Source of the DNA: Bdellovibrionia bacterium
GTDB lineage: Bacteria > Bdellovibrionota > UBA1018
Reading direction: 5' to 3'
DNA: 64,000 nt
NCBI GenBank assembly: GCA_040399745.1
Contig: JBBARP010000001.1
Coordinates: 138,617 to 202,616 of the forward strand
The notes under the pieces: generated by a model
What the model was told of the DNA's origin: nothing
Database searches by the model: none
What the model saw: only the letters and a program-made list of their open reading frames with translations
Position numbers and translations under genes: made by a program
Part shown: positions 54,893-64,000 of the stretch, in pieces
How the letters are laid out: the number at the start of each line of letters is the position of its first letter
How positions within the stretch are numbered: the stretch's first letter is position 1

Positions 54893-57800
54893 TTAGCGCA
54901 TCTCGATGGAAACCATCTTCGAGACGCCGGGTTCTTCCATGGTCACGCCATAGAGCGTGTCGTTCAGCTCCATGGTTTTCTTGTTGTGCGTGATCAAGAT
55001 GAACTGGCTCTTGGCGCTCATTTCCTTCAGAAGCGCGTTGAACTTGCCAATGTTGGCGTCGTCCAGCGGCGCGTCCACTTCGTCGAGTACGCAGAAGGGC
55101 GAAGGCTTCACCATGAAGATGGCGAAGATCAGCGAAACGGCCGTCAGAGCCTTTTCGCCGCCCGAGAGCAGGGTGATCGACGAGACCTTCTTGCCCGGAG
55201 GCATGGCCATAATGTCGACGCCGGCTTCGAGGATGTCGCTGGATCCTTCCGGATAGACCAGATCGAGCTTCGCCATACCGCCGCCGAAGATGATCGGGAA
55301 CAGGCGCTGGAAGCGATCAGCGATCGCTTCATAAGCTTTGCGGAAGCGTTCCTCGGAAGTGCGATTGATGTGCTCGATCGCTTCTTCCAGGTTTTTCATG
55401 GAAGTGACGAGGTCGGCCTTTTCGCCCAGCAGGTGATCGTAGCGTTCTCTGACCCGCTCGTATTCCTGATCGGCGTCTGGGTTCACGTCACCCAAGCGGC
55501 GGATACGCTCGCGTAGGCGCTCGACTTCTTCCGACAAAGCTTGCGCTTCCTCGGCAGTCATTTCGGTCGTGACGACCGGATTGTCCATTTCTTCCTGGAT
55601 GGGCACGCCTTGCGGTTCGCTCAGGCATTCCGGCCCGTACTTCTCTTCCAGATTCTGCTTCAAGTGCGACAGCTCGCCCGAGACGCGTTCGACGTCCACG
55701 GCCAGTTGTGCGGACTGACTGGTCTTCTCGTTGCCGCCTGCGTGCAGTTCTCTGATGCGGTCCAGGTTCTGCTTGAGGCGCACGTTGACCTGCTCCAAGC
55801 GATCCTTGGTGGACGACAAGCTGTCTTGGTCTTCCGCAAGCTTGAGGATCAGTTCTTCGATCTTCTCCTGAAGGCCTTGGTCGCCGCCATTGAAGTTCTG
55901 CTGTTCGTTGGAAGCGTTGCCCAGTTGGCGCTCGACTTCGTTCAAGCGGCGCTGGCGATCCGAGATGACCGATCGCTTGGCTTGAAGCTCGCGTTGCAGG
56001 GAACCCGAGCGCTCGCGAACGGAGGCCTCTTGAATGCGTGCGTTCGAGAGCTCTTGTTCTGCGATCTGAAGCTTCTCGGCGGCATCGAGTGAGCGGCCTT
56101 CGGCTTCTTGGATGCGAACTTCCAGCTCGGCGCGCGTCTCGTTGAGTTCTACGAGGCGGCTTTCAATGTCAGCGCGTTTGGTGCCGGCTTCTTCCGCTTC
56201 TTCCGTAGCGCGACGGCTCTCCTGGCGCGAACGCTCCAGTTGACCTTCGGTTTCGCGAAGGGCTTTGCCCATTTGGTGGGCGTCGCGCTCGCTGGTGGCC
56301 AGTTCCACATCCAGTGCTTGGATGCGGGCATTGGCTTCTTCCAAAGCAGTACGAGCCGCTTCAAGCTGGCTTTGTGCTTCCTCGAAAGCGGCTTCGCGCT
56401 GGGCGAGTTGCTCTTCCAGGCTCTGCGCTTCCGTTTCCAAGTCGGCAATGATGCGCTTCCGGCCCAAAACCGATGCGGGTTTGGACGACTCGGTCGAACC
56501 GCCGCGAAGGATGCCGTAGCTGTCAAACGCGGAGCCATCCAGTGCGACGATGGACCAACCGCCGAGCTTATGGATCTGATTCTGCTTCAGGAATGCCGTG
56601 ATGGGCTGAAGCGATTTCACCACGCAGACATGCGAGATGAGTTGAAGTGCGATGGCAGAAACCGTCTCTCCGGTTTCCTTGCGGATGCGGACAAATCGCC
56701 CCAGGTCGCCCATGACTTCAAAGCCGCTCGACTCAAGCGCGCTGCTGATCCCGCCGAAATCGGTGGTTCCGCGAGCCGGCTCGGGCACGACGTGAATCGA
56801 AGCGCGGCCTTGGTTCTGAGAAGCCAGTTCCGCCAAAGCTTCGATCGCAAACGAAGGATCGCCCGAGATCAGGTTTTGAAGGCGATCTTCTAGCCAGCCT
56901 TCCAAGGCCTGCTCGTAACCGCTCTGAACGTCGATGGCGTCGGCCACTGCGCGAAGCTGGCCTTGGCCGTTGGAGCGCGCCCAATCGAGCGCAGCTTTTG
57001 GACCGTCGCCAAAGCCTTCATAAGCGGCGTCGAGTTCCTTGAGTGAGCTCAGTTTCGTGCGAGTCTGGGTCAGGACTTTGGAAGCTTCATCGCGCACTTT
57101 TTGAGCGTCACGCTGAGCTTGATCTTGCTGGCGAAGCTTGGCTTGGGACTCTTCGCGAAGGCCTTTTTGCTCTTCTTTCTGGGTGCGAGCAATGGAAGCG
57201 CGTTCTTGAGCGGCCTCGGTCTCGATCCGAGATTCCGCGAGCCGGGCTTCTTGTTCCTCGATCTGCTGGGCGAGTCGCTGGGCTTGCGCCAAGGCGCTTT
57301 CTGCGCGCGAAGCAAGCGATGCCGCCGAAGAGGTGAGGCTTGAGCCATCCGAAACCGAGCGCAGTTGTTCGCGCTTGAGTTGCTCGACTTGGCTTCTGGC
57401 TTGCTGAGCTTCGCTTCTGAGCTGACGAGTGGCTTCGTCTTGCTCTTGAACCTGAGCCTGAGCTTGAGCTTGGGTTTCGTCGGCAGTTTGAAATTCGATT
57501 TCAAACTGCGCCAAAGTTTCTTGGGAAATGGCGATTCCTTCGACCAGTTCCTCTTTTTCGGCCTGAAGCGATGCCAGAGTCGCTTCCAGGTCTTTCTGGC
57601 GGCGCTGGGAAAGATCGAGCGCTGCTTTTTGGCGAGTCAGTTCGCCCGAGCATTCTTGAATGCGCGCCTGGATTTCTTCCGCAAATTTTCCTTCAGTGAC
57701 GCTGTGAACGCGGTCGATCTCGATCGTGTTCTCGACGACCTGCAGTTCCGCTCGGAAAGTGACTAAGTCTTGCTCGAGAAGGTCGCGGCGGTTTTTGACT

Positions 57801-58570
57801 TCCTGAAGCTGCTGATTCAGCACGCGCGCTTTGCGGCGACCCCAAGTGATCTCTTTTTCAAAGAGCTCTTCTTTGTACTTCTTGTACTGGCGGGCTTTCT
57901 GAGCTTGGCGCTCCAAGCTGTTCAGGCTGCGCTCGATCTCGGCGATGACGTCGTTCAGCCGCGAGAGATTGGCCTGGGTGGCTTCGATCTTCCGAAGCGA
58001 CTCTTTTTTACGGGCTTTGTATTTTGCGATGCCTGCGGCTTCTTCGATCAGAAGGCGGCGCTCTTCGGGCTTGGCGTTCACGATCTTGCCGATCTGGCCT
58101 TGCTCGATCACGGAGTAGCCTTTGGCGCCAACCCCGGTGTCCATGAAGAGTTCTTGAATGTCTTTCAAGCGGGCGGGAACGCCGTTGATGAAGTACTCGC
58201 CGTTTCCGTCGCGGTACACGCGCCGAGTGACGGCAATTTCTTTCGCTTTCAGGGCCGGGCCCGTGTCTTCGGCGCTGGCGCCTGCGGGGCCGTTCTCGGT
58301 GTCGGGAACCATTTGTTCCAGCACCATGGTCGCTTCAGCCATGCCCAAGGGAGAGTAGCGGGACGAGCCGTTGAAAATCAGGTCGTCGGCACCCGTGCCG
58401 CGCATGTGCTTGTAGGACTGCTCGCCCATGACCCAGAAAAAGGCGTCCACGATGTTCGACTTGCCGCAGCCGTTGGGCCCGACGATGCCGGTAATCGTGT
58501 GGTCAAAGTGAATGACCGTTTTGTCTTTGAAAGACTTGAAGCCTTGAATTTCCAGTCGCTTGACGCGCAT
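54893..58570 (-). CDS. smc: Chromosome segregation protein SMC
   Basis: GPNGCGKSN, coiled coils, hinge, LLSGGEK, LDEVDAPLD. Confidence 0.97.
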   Translation of the reverse strand: MRVKRLEIQGFKSFKDKTVIHFDHTITGIVGPNGCGKSNIVDAFFWVMGEQSYKHMRGTGADDLIFNGSSRYSPLGMAEATMVLEQMVPDTENGPAGASAEDTGPALKAKEIAVTRRVYRDGNGEYFINGVPARLKDIQELFMDTGVGAKGYSVIEQGQIGKIVNAKPEERRLLIEEAAGIAKYKARKKESLRKIEATQANLSRLNDVIAEIERSLNSLERQAQKARQYKKYKEELFEKEITWGRRKARVLNQQLQEVKNRRDLLEQDLVTFRAELQVVENTIEIDRVHSVTEGKFAEEIQARIQECSGELTRQKAALDLSQRRQKDLEATLASLQAEKEELVEGIAISQETLAQFEIEFQTADETQAQAQAQVQEQDEATRQLRSEAQQARSQVEQLKREQLRSVSDGSSLTSSAASLASRAESALAQAQRLAQQIEEQEARLAESRIETEAAQERASIARTQKEEQKGLREESQAKLRQQDQAQRDAQKVRDEASKVLTQTRTKLSSLKELDAAYEGFGDGPKAALDWARSNGQGQLRAVADAIDVQSGYEQALEGWLEDRLQNLISGDPSFAIEALAELASQNQGRASIHVVPEPARGTTDFGGISSALESSGFEVMGDLGRFVRIRKETGETVSAIALQLISHVCVVKSLQPITAFLKQNQIHKLGGWSIVALDGSAFDSYGILRGGSTESSKPASVLGRKRIIADLETEAQSLEEQLAQREAAFEEAQSQLEAARTALEEANARIQALDVELATSERDAHQMGKALRETEGQLERSRQESRRATEEAEEAGTKRADIESRLVELNETRAELEVRIQEAEGRSLDAAEKLQIAEQELSNARIQEASVRERSGSLQRELQAKRSVISDRQRRLNEVERQLGNASNEQQNFNGGDQGLQEKIEELILKLAEDQDSLSSTKDRLEQVNVRLKQNLDRIRELHAGGNEKTSQSAQLAVDVERVSGELSHLKQNLEEKYGPECLSEPQGVPIQEEMDNPVVTTEMTAEEAQALSEEVERLRERIRRLGDVNPDADQEYERVRERYDHLLGEKADLVTSMKNLEEAIEHINRTSEERFRKAYEAIADRFQRLFPIIFGGGMAKLDLVYPEGSSDILEAGVDIMAMPPGKKVSSITLLSGGEKALTAVSLIFAIFMVKPSPFCVLDEVDAPLDDANIGKFNALLKEMSAKSQFILITHNKKTMELNDTLYGVTMEEPGVSKMVSIEMR

Positions 58571-58698
58571 AGTTGAGTCTCTCCCCCCGGTCCCGACGAG
58601 GAACAGAACTGTAACAAGCCACGGGCAAAAGGCAAGGTGACAGTCAGGTATTCCCTGTTTCTCGGGCGGGGGTTGGGCGGCTGGCTTCCCGAGAATGA

Positions 58699-58732
58699 GA
58701 AACGCCCGCTCCGGCAGGACCAGAGCGGGCGC
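58699..58732 (-). terminator. Probable intrinsic terminator
   Basis: Minus strand GCGCCCGCTC...GAGCGGGCGTTTC about 25 nt after the stop at 58757; short T tract. Confidence 0.55.
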
Positions 58733-58756
58733 TCGAATTGAGGGTGGGCCTCAAAA

Positions 58757-59434
58757 TTAGTCGCGGTAGAAGACCGGAGTCACGGTCAGGGTGACCGTGC
58801 CCGAAGCGTCCTGCGAGCAGGCGCCTTCGATATCAATCCGATTGGCGTAGACGGGGCGGCCGTATTGATCGCGCTTTCGGTAGATGTCTTCGGCGGTCAC
58901 TTTCATGTGGCTCAAGGTCGAAAGGACTGCGCCGCAGGCAATGATGCTTTCTTCCGGCTTCTTAGAAAGGATGACCTGCGAGCTGGAGGGGAAGGAATTG
59001 GCTCCTTTTTGGAGTCCCTTTTTCAGGTTCGCAATGACGCCAAAGCCCCAATTCGAAGCACCAAAAACGATCGTGTCCAGAGCCAAGCGGCGCTTATCCA
59101 CGCAGTTGCCGGTCGAGAACTGAACGGCGTCTGAACTGATGTTTTCAATGACTTTTCGGATTTTGTCGCAAGCCGGGTCCTTCATCGAGGCGATGGCGCC
59201 GCCGATGAAAGGGAGCCCTGCCGAGCCATTCAGAACCGAGGCTCCGATGACGATCTGGCTGAACAGGTTCGAGCCCATGCCGCCCGATCTTACGTAAACG
59301 TTATTGAGCAGGATCTGGTCTGCCGAGTAGGCGGCGGGAGTTTCGATCATGTCCTCGTCGGCGCGAGCCGTGACAGCGAGGGACGAAATCAGCAAAGCAG
59401 ACAGGGTCAGGAAGGCCGAGCTTTTCCGGAACAT
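58757..59434 (-). CDS. Secreted hypothetical protein (225 aa)
   Basis: SD AAGGAG, signal peptide ending TARA, four Cys. Confidence 0.75.
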   Translation of the reverse strand: MFRKSSAFLTLSALLISSLAVTARADEDMIETPAAYSADQILLNNVYVRSGGMGSNLFSQIVIGASVLNGSAGLPFIGGAIASMKDPACDKIRKVIENISSDAVQFSTGNCVDKRRLALDTIVFGASNWGFGVIANLKKGLQKGANSFPSSSQVILSKKPEESIIACGAVLSTLSHMKVTAEDIYRKRDQYGRPVYANRIDIEGACSQDASGTVTLTVTPVFYRD

Positions 59435-59750
59435 GAGTACTCCTTGCAAGGGGGGTTAGGCAGACGGCTCGCAAGTAGCACAAACGTCGAAGCCCCACGA
59501 GGCGATTTGCCAAGTGGGGCTTCGAACTTTGGTCTATCGTGATTTCCGGAGTCTGAAAGCTCCGGCATTTCAGGGGTCAGGGTGGGTTCTTACGGTATCG
59601 GCCTCGCGCCGGAACCCCCAAAGGCCCTACGACCCATTCAAGAGGACTCAAATTGTACGATCCTTCTTTTGCTGCCGCGGCCCTCCTGATCGGGAAGGTG
59701 TCCGGCAGTCCGCAGGCGCCGTCGGCGTCGTTACGGCTTAGCCCGCGCAA

Positions 59751-59837
59751 TCAACACTTCGGAGGGCCGGTTTCAGGCCATTCAAGAACTGCTCGTTTCC
59801 AATACGGCGCACTTTCGTTCGGACGCATCGGTTTCAT
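59751..59837 (-). CDS. Putative small protein (28 aa) MKPMRPNESAPYWKRAVLEWPETGPPKC
   Basis: SD TAAGGAG 9 nt upstream; promoter-like TTGCGC-17 nt-TAGCCT at 59889-59861. Below the ORF-track cutoff. Confidence 0.4.
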   Translation of the reverse strand: MKPMRPNESAPYWKRAVLEWPETGPPKC

Positions 59838-60043
59838 TCGCTCGTGCTCCTTACTTAATCAGGCTATCGGCCTATTTGACGCGGCGCAATAAGCAAGGTT
59901 TAGACAGGCAACCGGCAAGCAGAATCCCGAGTCGAAATCAGGCCTTGAACCCCTCTGCGACCAAGCTTTGGCCGATTCCGCCTGGAGTTCAAAGGCCTCC
60001 AGGGTTTTCATTTCATGACCCGCAGGGCTAGGCTGGCGGATCG

Positions 60044-61921
60044 ATGTTTACCGAAGTATTGAAAAAGCGCTTAGGTCTTGAGGGGTTCCGGCCTCATCAG
60101 GAGCCCATTTGCCAGGCGCTGGTCGACGGCCAAGACGCCTTGGTAGTGATGCCTACCGGCGCGGGCAAGAGCCTCTGTTTTCAGGTGCCCGGACTGGTCC
60201 GCGGCGGCACCACCCTGGTCATTAGCCCGCTGGTGGCCTTGATCGAAGATCAGGTGCTTCGTCTGCAAGCCAAAGGCATTCGTGCCGAGCGCATTCACTC
60301 GGGTCGCGGGCGCGAAGCTTCGCGCGACACGTTTCGCGCTTACCTTCGCGGGGAGCTTGAGTTTCTGTTCATCGCGCCGGAGCGCTTAGCAGTCGCGGGC
60401 TTCGCGGAAATGCTGGTGAAGAATCCGCCGCGTTTGGTGGCAGTCGATGAAGCTCACTGTATCAGCCAATGGGGCCATGATTTTCGTCCCGATTACCGCT
60501 TAGTGGGCGAACGCCTGTCGGGGCTCACCGGGGTCCCGGTCGTGGCACTGACGGCCACTGCGACCCCGCAAGTGCAGGACGATATTTGCGAGCGGTTGAA
60601 GCTCAGGGAGCCTGCGCGATTCATTCACGGCTTTCGGCGTGAGAACCTGCAAATTCGCCTAGAAGAGTGCCTGCCGTCGGACCGTCTGGACCGCATTGCC
60701 GAGATTTTAAAAGACCCCGAGCGCTTGCCGGCCATTTTGTATGCTCCCACCCGAAAGCGCGCAGAAGAGCTCGCTTCAGGCCTGGGGCGTAAGCTTCGAG
60801 TTTCGGCCTACCATGCGGGTTTAGTGGCCGAGTCGCGCGACCGGGTTCAACAGCAGTTTCTGGACAGTAAGCTCGACGTCATCGTCGCAACGGTTGCGTT
60901 CGGAATGGGCATCGATAAAGCGGACATTCGCACGGTGATTCACGCTGCCATGCCCGGAACGGTCGAAGGCTATTATCAAGAGATTGGGCGCGCGGGCCGC
61001 GATGGAAAGCTCTCGCAAGCCGTGCTTTTGCATTCGTTTGGGGATCGCCGTACGCACGAGTTTTTCCTCGAGCGCGATTTTCCGGAAACCTCAAAGCTGG
61101 AAGAAATCGTGCGAAACATTCCTGAACGAAACGGCGCAGACTTGGAAGCCGTTCGGTGGATGAGTCGCGAGATTGAAGTGGAAGTGTTTGAAAAGGGCTT
61201 AGAGAAGCTCGTTCAACACGGTGGGGTGGTGCTGGAGGGCGCTGAAACCCTGCGCTTGGCCGAGGTCATTTCCGAGAGCACGAAGAACGGTCCGAGAAGT
61301 TCTGCAGCTTCCGCGGGCGGCGCGCCGACTGTGGTTTTGAAGCGCGGGAAAAACACTTGGGTCAGGGCGTATGAAAAACTGCGCACAGCGCGCTTCTCGC
61401 AGCTCGACCGGATTCAAAGCTACACGCAGACCAAGAACTGCCGAATGCTGGAGCTCCTCAGGCACTTTGGCGATCAAAGCGATCGGGCAGGGGCCTGTAG
61501 TCAGTGTGATCGCTGCGTTCCCTCGACCCAGGTTCGCGAGATCGCAAAAGAGGAACGAACCGTGGCGGTCAGTGTGCTGGCCGCGCTGACGGAACGCGAC
61601 GGGCAGGCCTCGGGCCGCCTCTTTGAGGAAGCGCAGCGCGTGCAGCGAAGCCTGGATCGTTCGGTGTTTGAGCGAGTACTTTCGGCGCTCGAAAAGGCGG
61701 GCTTTGTGGAAAGCCATGCCGAGCAGTTCGAGCGCGACGGCAGAAGCATTCGCTACCGAAGAATCGAGCTCACGCCGAGCGGCGCCCGCGCCAAGGGCAA
61801 GGACCTAGACGAACTGGAAATTGAGGGACCGCTTCCGCGCGGCCTAAGCCGGGGCGGCGCCGCCACCAGCGCGAAGGCAGGAGCCGGAGCGCGGCCGAAG
61901 TTTCGGCGGCGGAAGAGCTGA
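60044..61921 (+). CDS. recQ: RecQ-family ATP-dependent DNA helicase
   Basis: [40 protein letters not shown], Zn Cys cluster; no HRDC evident. Confidence 0.93.
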   Translation: MFTEVLKKRLGLEGFRPHQEPICQALVDGQDALVVMPTGAGKSLCFQVPGLVRGGTTLVISPLVALIEDQVLRLQAKGIRAERIHSGRGREASRDTFRAYLRGELEFLFIAPERLAVAGFAEMLVKNPPRLVAVDEAHCISQWGHDFRPDYRLVGERLSGLTGVPVVALTATATPQVQDDICERLKLREPARFIHGFRRENLQIRLEECLPSDRLDRIAEILKDPERLPAILYAPTRKRAEELASGLGRKLRVSAYHAGLVAESRDRVQQQFLDSKLDVIVATVAFGMGIDKADIRTVIHAAMPGTVEGYYQEIGRAGRDGKLSQAVLLHSFGDRRTHEFFLERDFPETSKLEEIVRNIPERNGADLEAVRWMSREIEVEVFEKGLEKLVQHGGVVLEGAETLRLAEVISESTKNGPRSSAASAGGAPTVVLKRGKNTWVRAYEKLRTARFSQLDRIQSYTQTKNCRMLELLRHFGDQSDRAGACSQCDRCVPSTQVREIAKEERTVAVSVLAALTERDGQASGRLFEEAQRVQRSLDRSVFERVLSALEKAGFVESHAEQFERDGRSIRYRRIELTPSGARAKGKDLDELEIEGPLPRGLSRGGAATSAKAGAGARPKFRRRKS

Positions 61922-61941
61922 AGGCGGGGCTTAGGCAAACC

Positions 61942-64000
61942 TCACCCCGCCAGTTCGGCTTGGGCTGCGGCGAGGCGGGCGATCGGTACGCGGTAAGGCG
62001 AGCAGCTCACGTAGTCCAGTCCCGCTTCATGGCAGAAGCGGATCGAGGCAGGCTCACCGCCGTGTTCACCGCAAATCCCCATTTTCAGACCGGGCTTGGT
62101 TTTCCGGCCTTCCTCAATCGCAATCTTCATCAAGCGCCCCACGCCGCGCGTGTCGAGCGAAGCAAACGGATCGGTCGAGTAGATTTTCGCCTCTAAGTAG
62201 TCCTTCAGGAAAAGAGTCGAATCGTCGCGCGACAGTCCGTAAGTGGTTTGCGTTAGATCGTTCGTTCCGAAGCTGAAGAACTCGGCGTAATTGGCAATTT
62301 CATCGGCCGTGAGAGCCGCACGCGGAAGCTCGATCATGGTGCCGATCGGGCAAACCAGTTTCACGCCTTTTTCCTTCATCACTTTGGCGGCTTCGTCTTC
62401 GCAGAATTCTCGCACGAACTTCAGTTCACGCCAGTCGCCCACCAAAGGAATCATGATCTCGGGAATGACTTTTTGCTTCTTCTCTTTCACCAAGTCGCAA
62501 GCCGCTTCCACAATGGCGCGTACCTGCATCCGATAAATTTCCGGATAGCTCACCCCTAAGCGGCAGCCCCGGTGTCCCAGCATGGGGTTGAACTCGTGGA
62601 GCTGCTCGGCTTTGCGCTTCAAGCGCTCAAACGGCACCCCAATCTTATTGGAAAGGGTGCGGATCTCGTCGTCACCGTGCGGGATGAACTCGTGAAGGGG
62701 TGGGTCGAGCAAGCGAATCGTGACGGGCAAGCCCGCCATGGCTTCAAAAATCTGGAAGAAGTCGCTTCGCTGCATGGGCAGGATCTTGGACAGCGCTCGG
62801 TCGCGATCGGCCTGGGTGTCGGCCAAAATCATCTCCCGAACGGCGTCGATTCGCTCGACTTCAAAGAACATGTGCTCGGTTCGGCAAAGGCCAATGCCTT
62901 CGGCTCCGAATTCACGCGCTTTTTTGGCGTCTTTCGGGGTGTCGGCGTTCGTGCGGACTTTCAGTCGGCGGGCTCGGTCTACCCACTTCATGAGTTCCAG
63001 GAAATCGCGGTTGAGTTGGGGCTCGGTCGTCGGCACGACGCCCTCGATAATCTCGCCGCTTGAACCGTCCAGAGTCAGCCAGTCGCCCTCTTTCAAGGTC
63101 ACGGCTCCCAAGGTGACTTGGCGTGTGTCGAGATTGATCTTGAGCTGCGTGCAGCCCGTGACGCAGCAGCGGCCCATGCCTCGGGCCACGACAGCTGCGT
63201 GCGAGGTCATCCCGCCTTGCGCGGTCAAAATGCCTTGCGCAACCGACATGCCGTGGATGTCTTCAGGCGAAGTCGAGACGCGGACTAAGAGTACTTTTTT
63301 GCCCTCTTTTGCCCAGTCTTCGGCCTTCTCGGGGTCTAAAACGATTTGCCCGGAAGCAGCGCCAGGCGAAGCCGGTAGGCCACGGCCCAGAACTTTCTTC
63401 GGTGCTTTGGGGTCAAGACCCGGGTGCAGCAGTTGGTCGAGCTGTTCGGGCTGAATGCGCAAGATGGCTTGCTCGCGAGTGATGCGCTTTTCTTTCACTA
63501 GATCGATCGCGATTTTGAGAGCCGCAGGCGCCGTTCGCTTCCCAGTGCGGGTTTGCAGCATGTAGAGCTTGCCGCTTTCAATGGTGAACTCAATGTCCTG
63601 CATGTCGCGGTAATGCTTTTCGAGCTTTGAACAGGCTTTGATGAAATCTGCGTAAGCTTTGGGAAGCGCCTTTTTCAGAAGCGCAATGGGCTGGGGCGTC
63701 CGAATGCCTGCCACTACGTCTTCGCCTTGAGCGTTGATCAGGAACTCGCCGTAAAGCTCATTCTTGCCGGTCGAAGGATCGCGCGTGAAGGCCACACCCG
63801 TGGCACAATCATCGCCTAGGTTTCCAAACACCATGCTCTGAATGTTGACGGCGGTTCCCCAATCCTCGGGGATTTGATTCAAGCGGCGATAGGTGATGGC
63901 GCGAGGGCTCATCCACGAACGAAGAACGGCGCCAATAGCGCCCCAGAGTTGCTCGTCTGCTTTTTCGGGAAAGCTCTTTCCTTGCAGGCGGACAATCTTT
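61942..64000 (-). CDS. ppdK: Pyruvate, phosphate dikinase (5' part outside window)
   Basis: GGMTSHAAVVARG, GIGLCRTEHMF, FSFGTNDLTQ, GICGEHGG; frame is open to the window end. Confidence 0.97.
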   Translation of the reverse strand, partial: KIVRLQGKSFPEKADEQLWGAIGAVLRSWMSPRAITYRRLNQIPEDWGTAVNIQSMVFGNLGDDCATGVAFTRDPSTGKNELYGEFLINAQGEDVVAGIRTPQPIALLKKALPKAYADFIKACSKLEKHYRDMQDIEFTIESGKLYMLQTRTGKRTAPAALKIAIDLVKEKRITREQAILRIQPEQLDQLLHPGLDPKAPKKVLGRGLPASPGAASGQIVLDPEKAEDWAKEGKKVLLVRVSTSPEDIHGMSVAQGILTAQGGMTSHAAVVARGMGRCCVTGCTQLKINLDTRQVTLGAVTLKEGDWLTLDGSSGEIIEGVVPTTEPQLNRDFLELMKWVDRARRLKVRTNADTPKDAKKAREFGAEGIGLCRTEHMFFEVERIDAVREMILADTQADRDRALSKILPMQRSDFFQIFEAMAGLPVTIRLLDPPLHEFIPHGDDEIRTLSNKIGVPFERLKRKAEQLHEFNPMLGHRGCRLGVSYPEIYRMQVRAIVEAACDLVKEKKQKVIPEIMIPLVGDWRELKFVREFCEDEAAKVMKEKGVKLVCPIGTMIELPRAALTADEIANYAEFFSFGTNDLTQTTYGLSRDDSTLFLKDYLEAKIYSTDPFASLDTRGVGRLMKIAIEEGRKTKPGLKMGICGEHGGEPASIRFCHEAGLDYVSCSPYRVPIARLAAAQAELAG

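Noticed and set aside
59450..60040. Possible SRP, 6S, tmRNA or riboswitch in the largest intergenic gap (hairpins near 59545-59564 and 59981-60002; CCATTCAAGA occurs twice)
   Set aside because: No recognisable conserved ncRNA signature by eye; the 10-bp repeat occurs only twice and is not CRISPR-like. An Infernal search would be needed.
1..64000. Defence islands, prophage, IS elements, CRISPR, tRNA or rRNA
   Set aside because: No integrase, transposase, nuclease, repeat-spacer array or structural-RNA signature was seen.

Overview
A gene-dense, GC-rich bacterial core-chromosome segment with about 50 CDSs. I saw no rRNA, tRNA, CRISPR array, prophage or transposase. Gene content and order (Tgl/PilF-like TPR gene plus rodZ, lepA-lepB-pyrB-pyrC-carA, matrixin-family proteases, many secreted orphans) suggest a Bdellovibrionota/Oligoflexia-like or related deltaproteobacterial genome; this is inference only. 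Contents: an LPS/surface-glycan locus (four GT2-like genes, GT9, ugd, stand-alone GATase, YbhN-like), ileS, trmO, pyrimidine genes, lepA, a rlmD-like gene, wcaJ, pepA, asnS, trmL, a sugar ABC ATPase and permease, lon, split transketolase, queG, rimO, yajQ, lolA, smc, recQ and partial ppdK. Best leads: (1) a shared C-terminal G-x(0,1)-C-G-[TS]-[VI]/hydrophobic helix/basic tail on two matrixins, one coupled to an orphan beta-barrel, which may be an undescribed surface-sorting system; (2) a cluster of DnaA boxes plus an IHF-like site between convergent genes, with no dnaA in the window; (3) a Cys-rich divergent lytic transglycosylase; (4) a LepB with Thr at the catalytic Ser position; (5) a 943-aa secreted protein with an internal signal-peptide-like segment; (6) an unannotated small ORF with promoter and SD that ends in Cys-TGA with the frame open beyond; (7) widespread leaderless-type promoters. 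All calls come from motif reading by eye; no searches were run.
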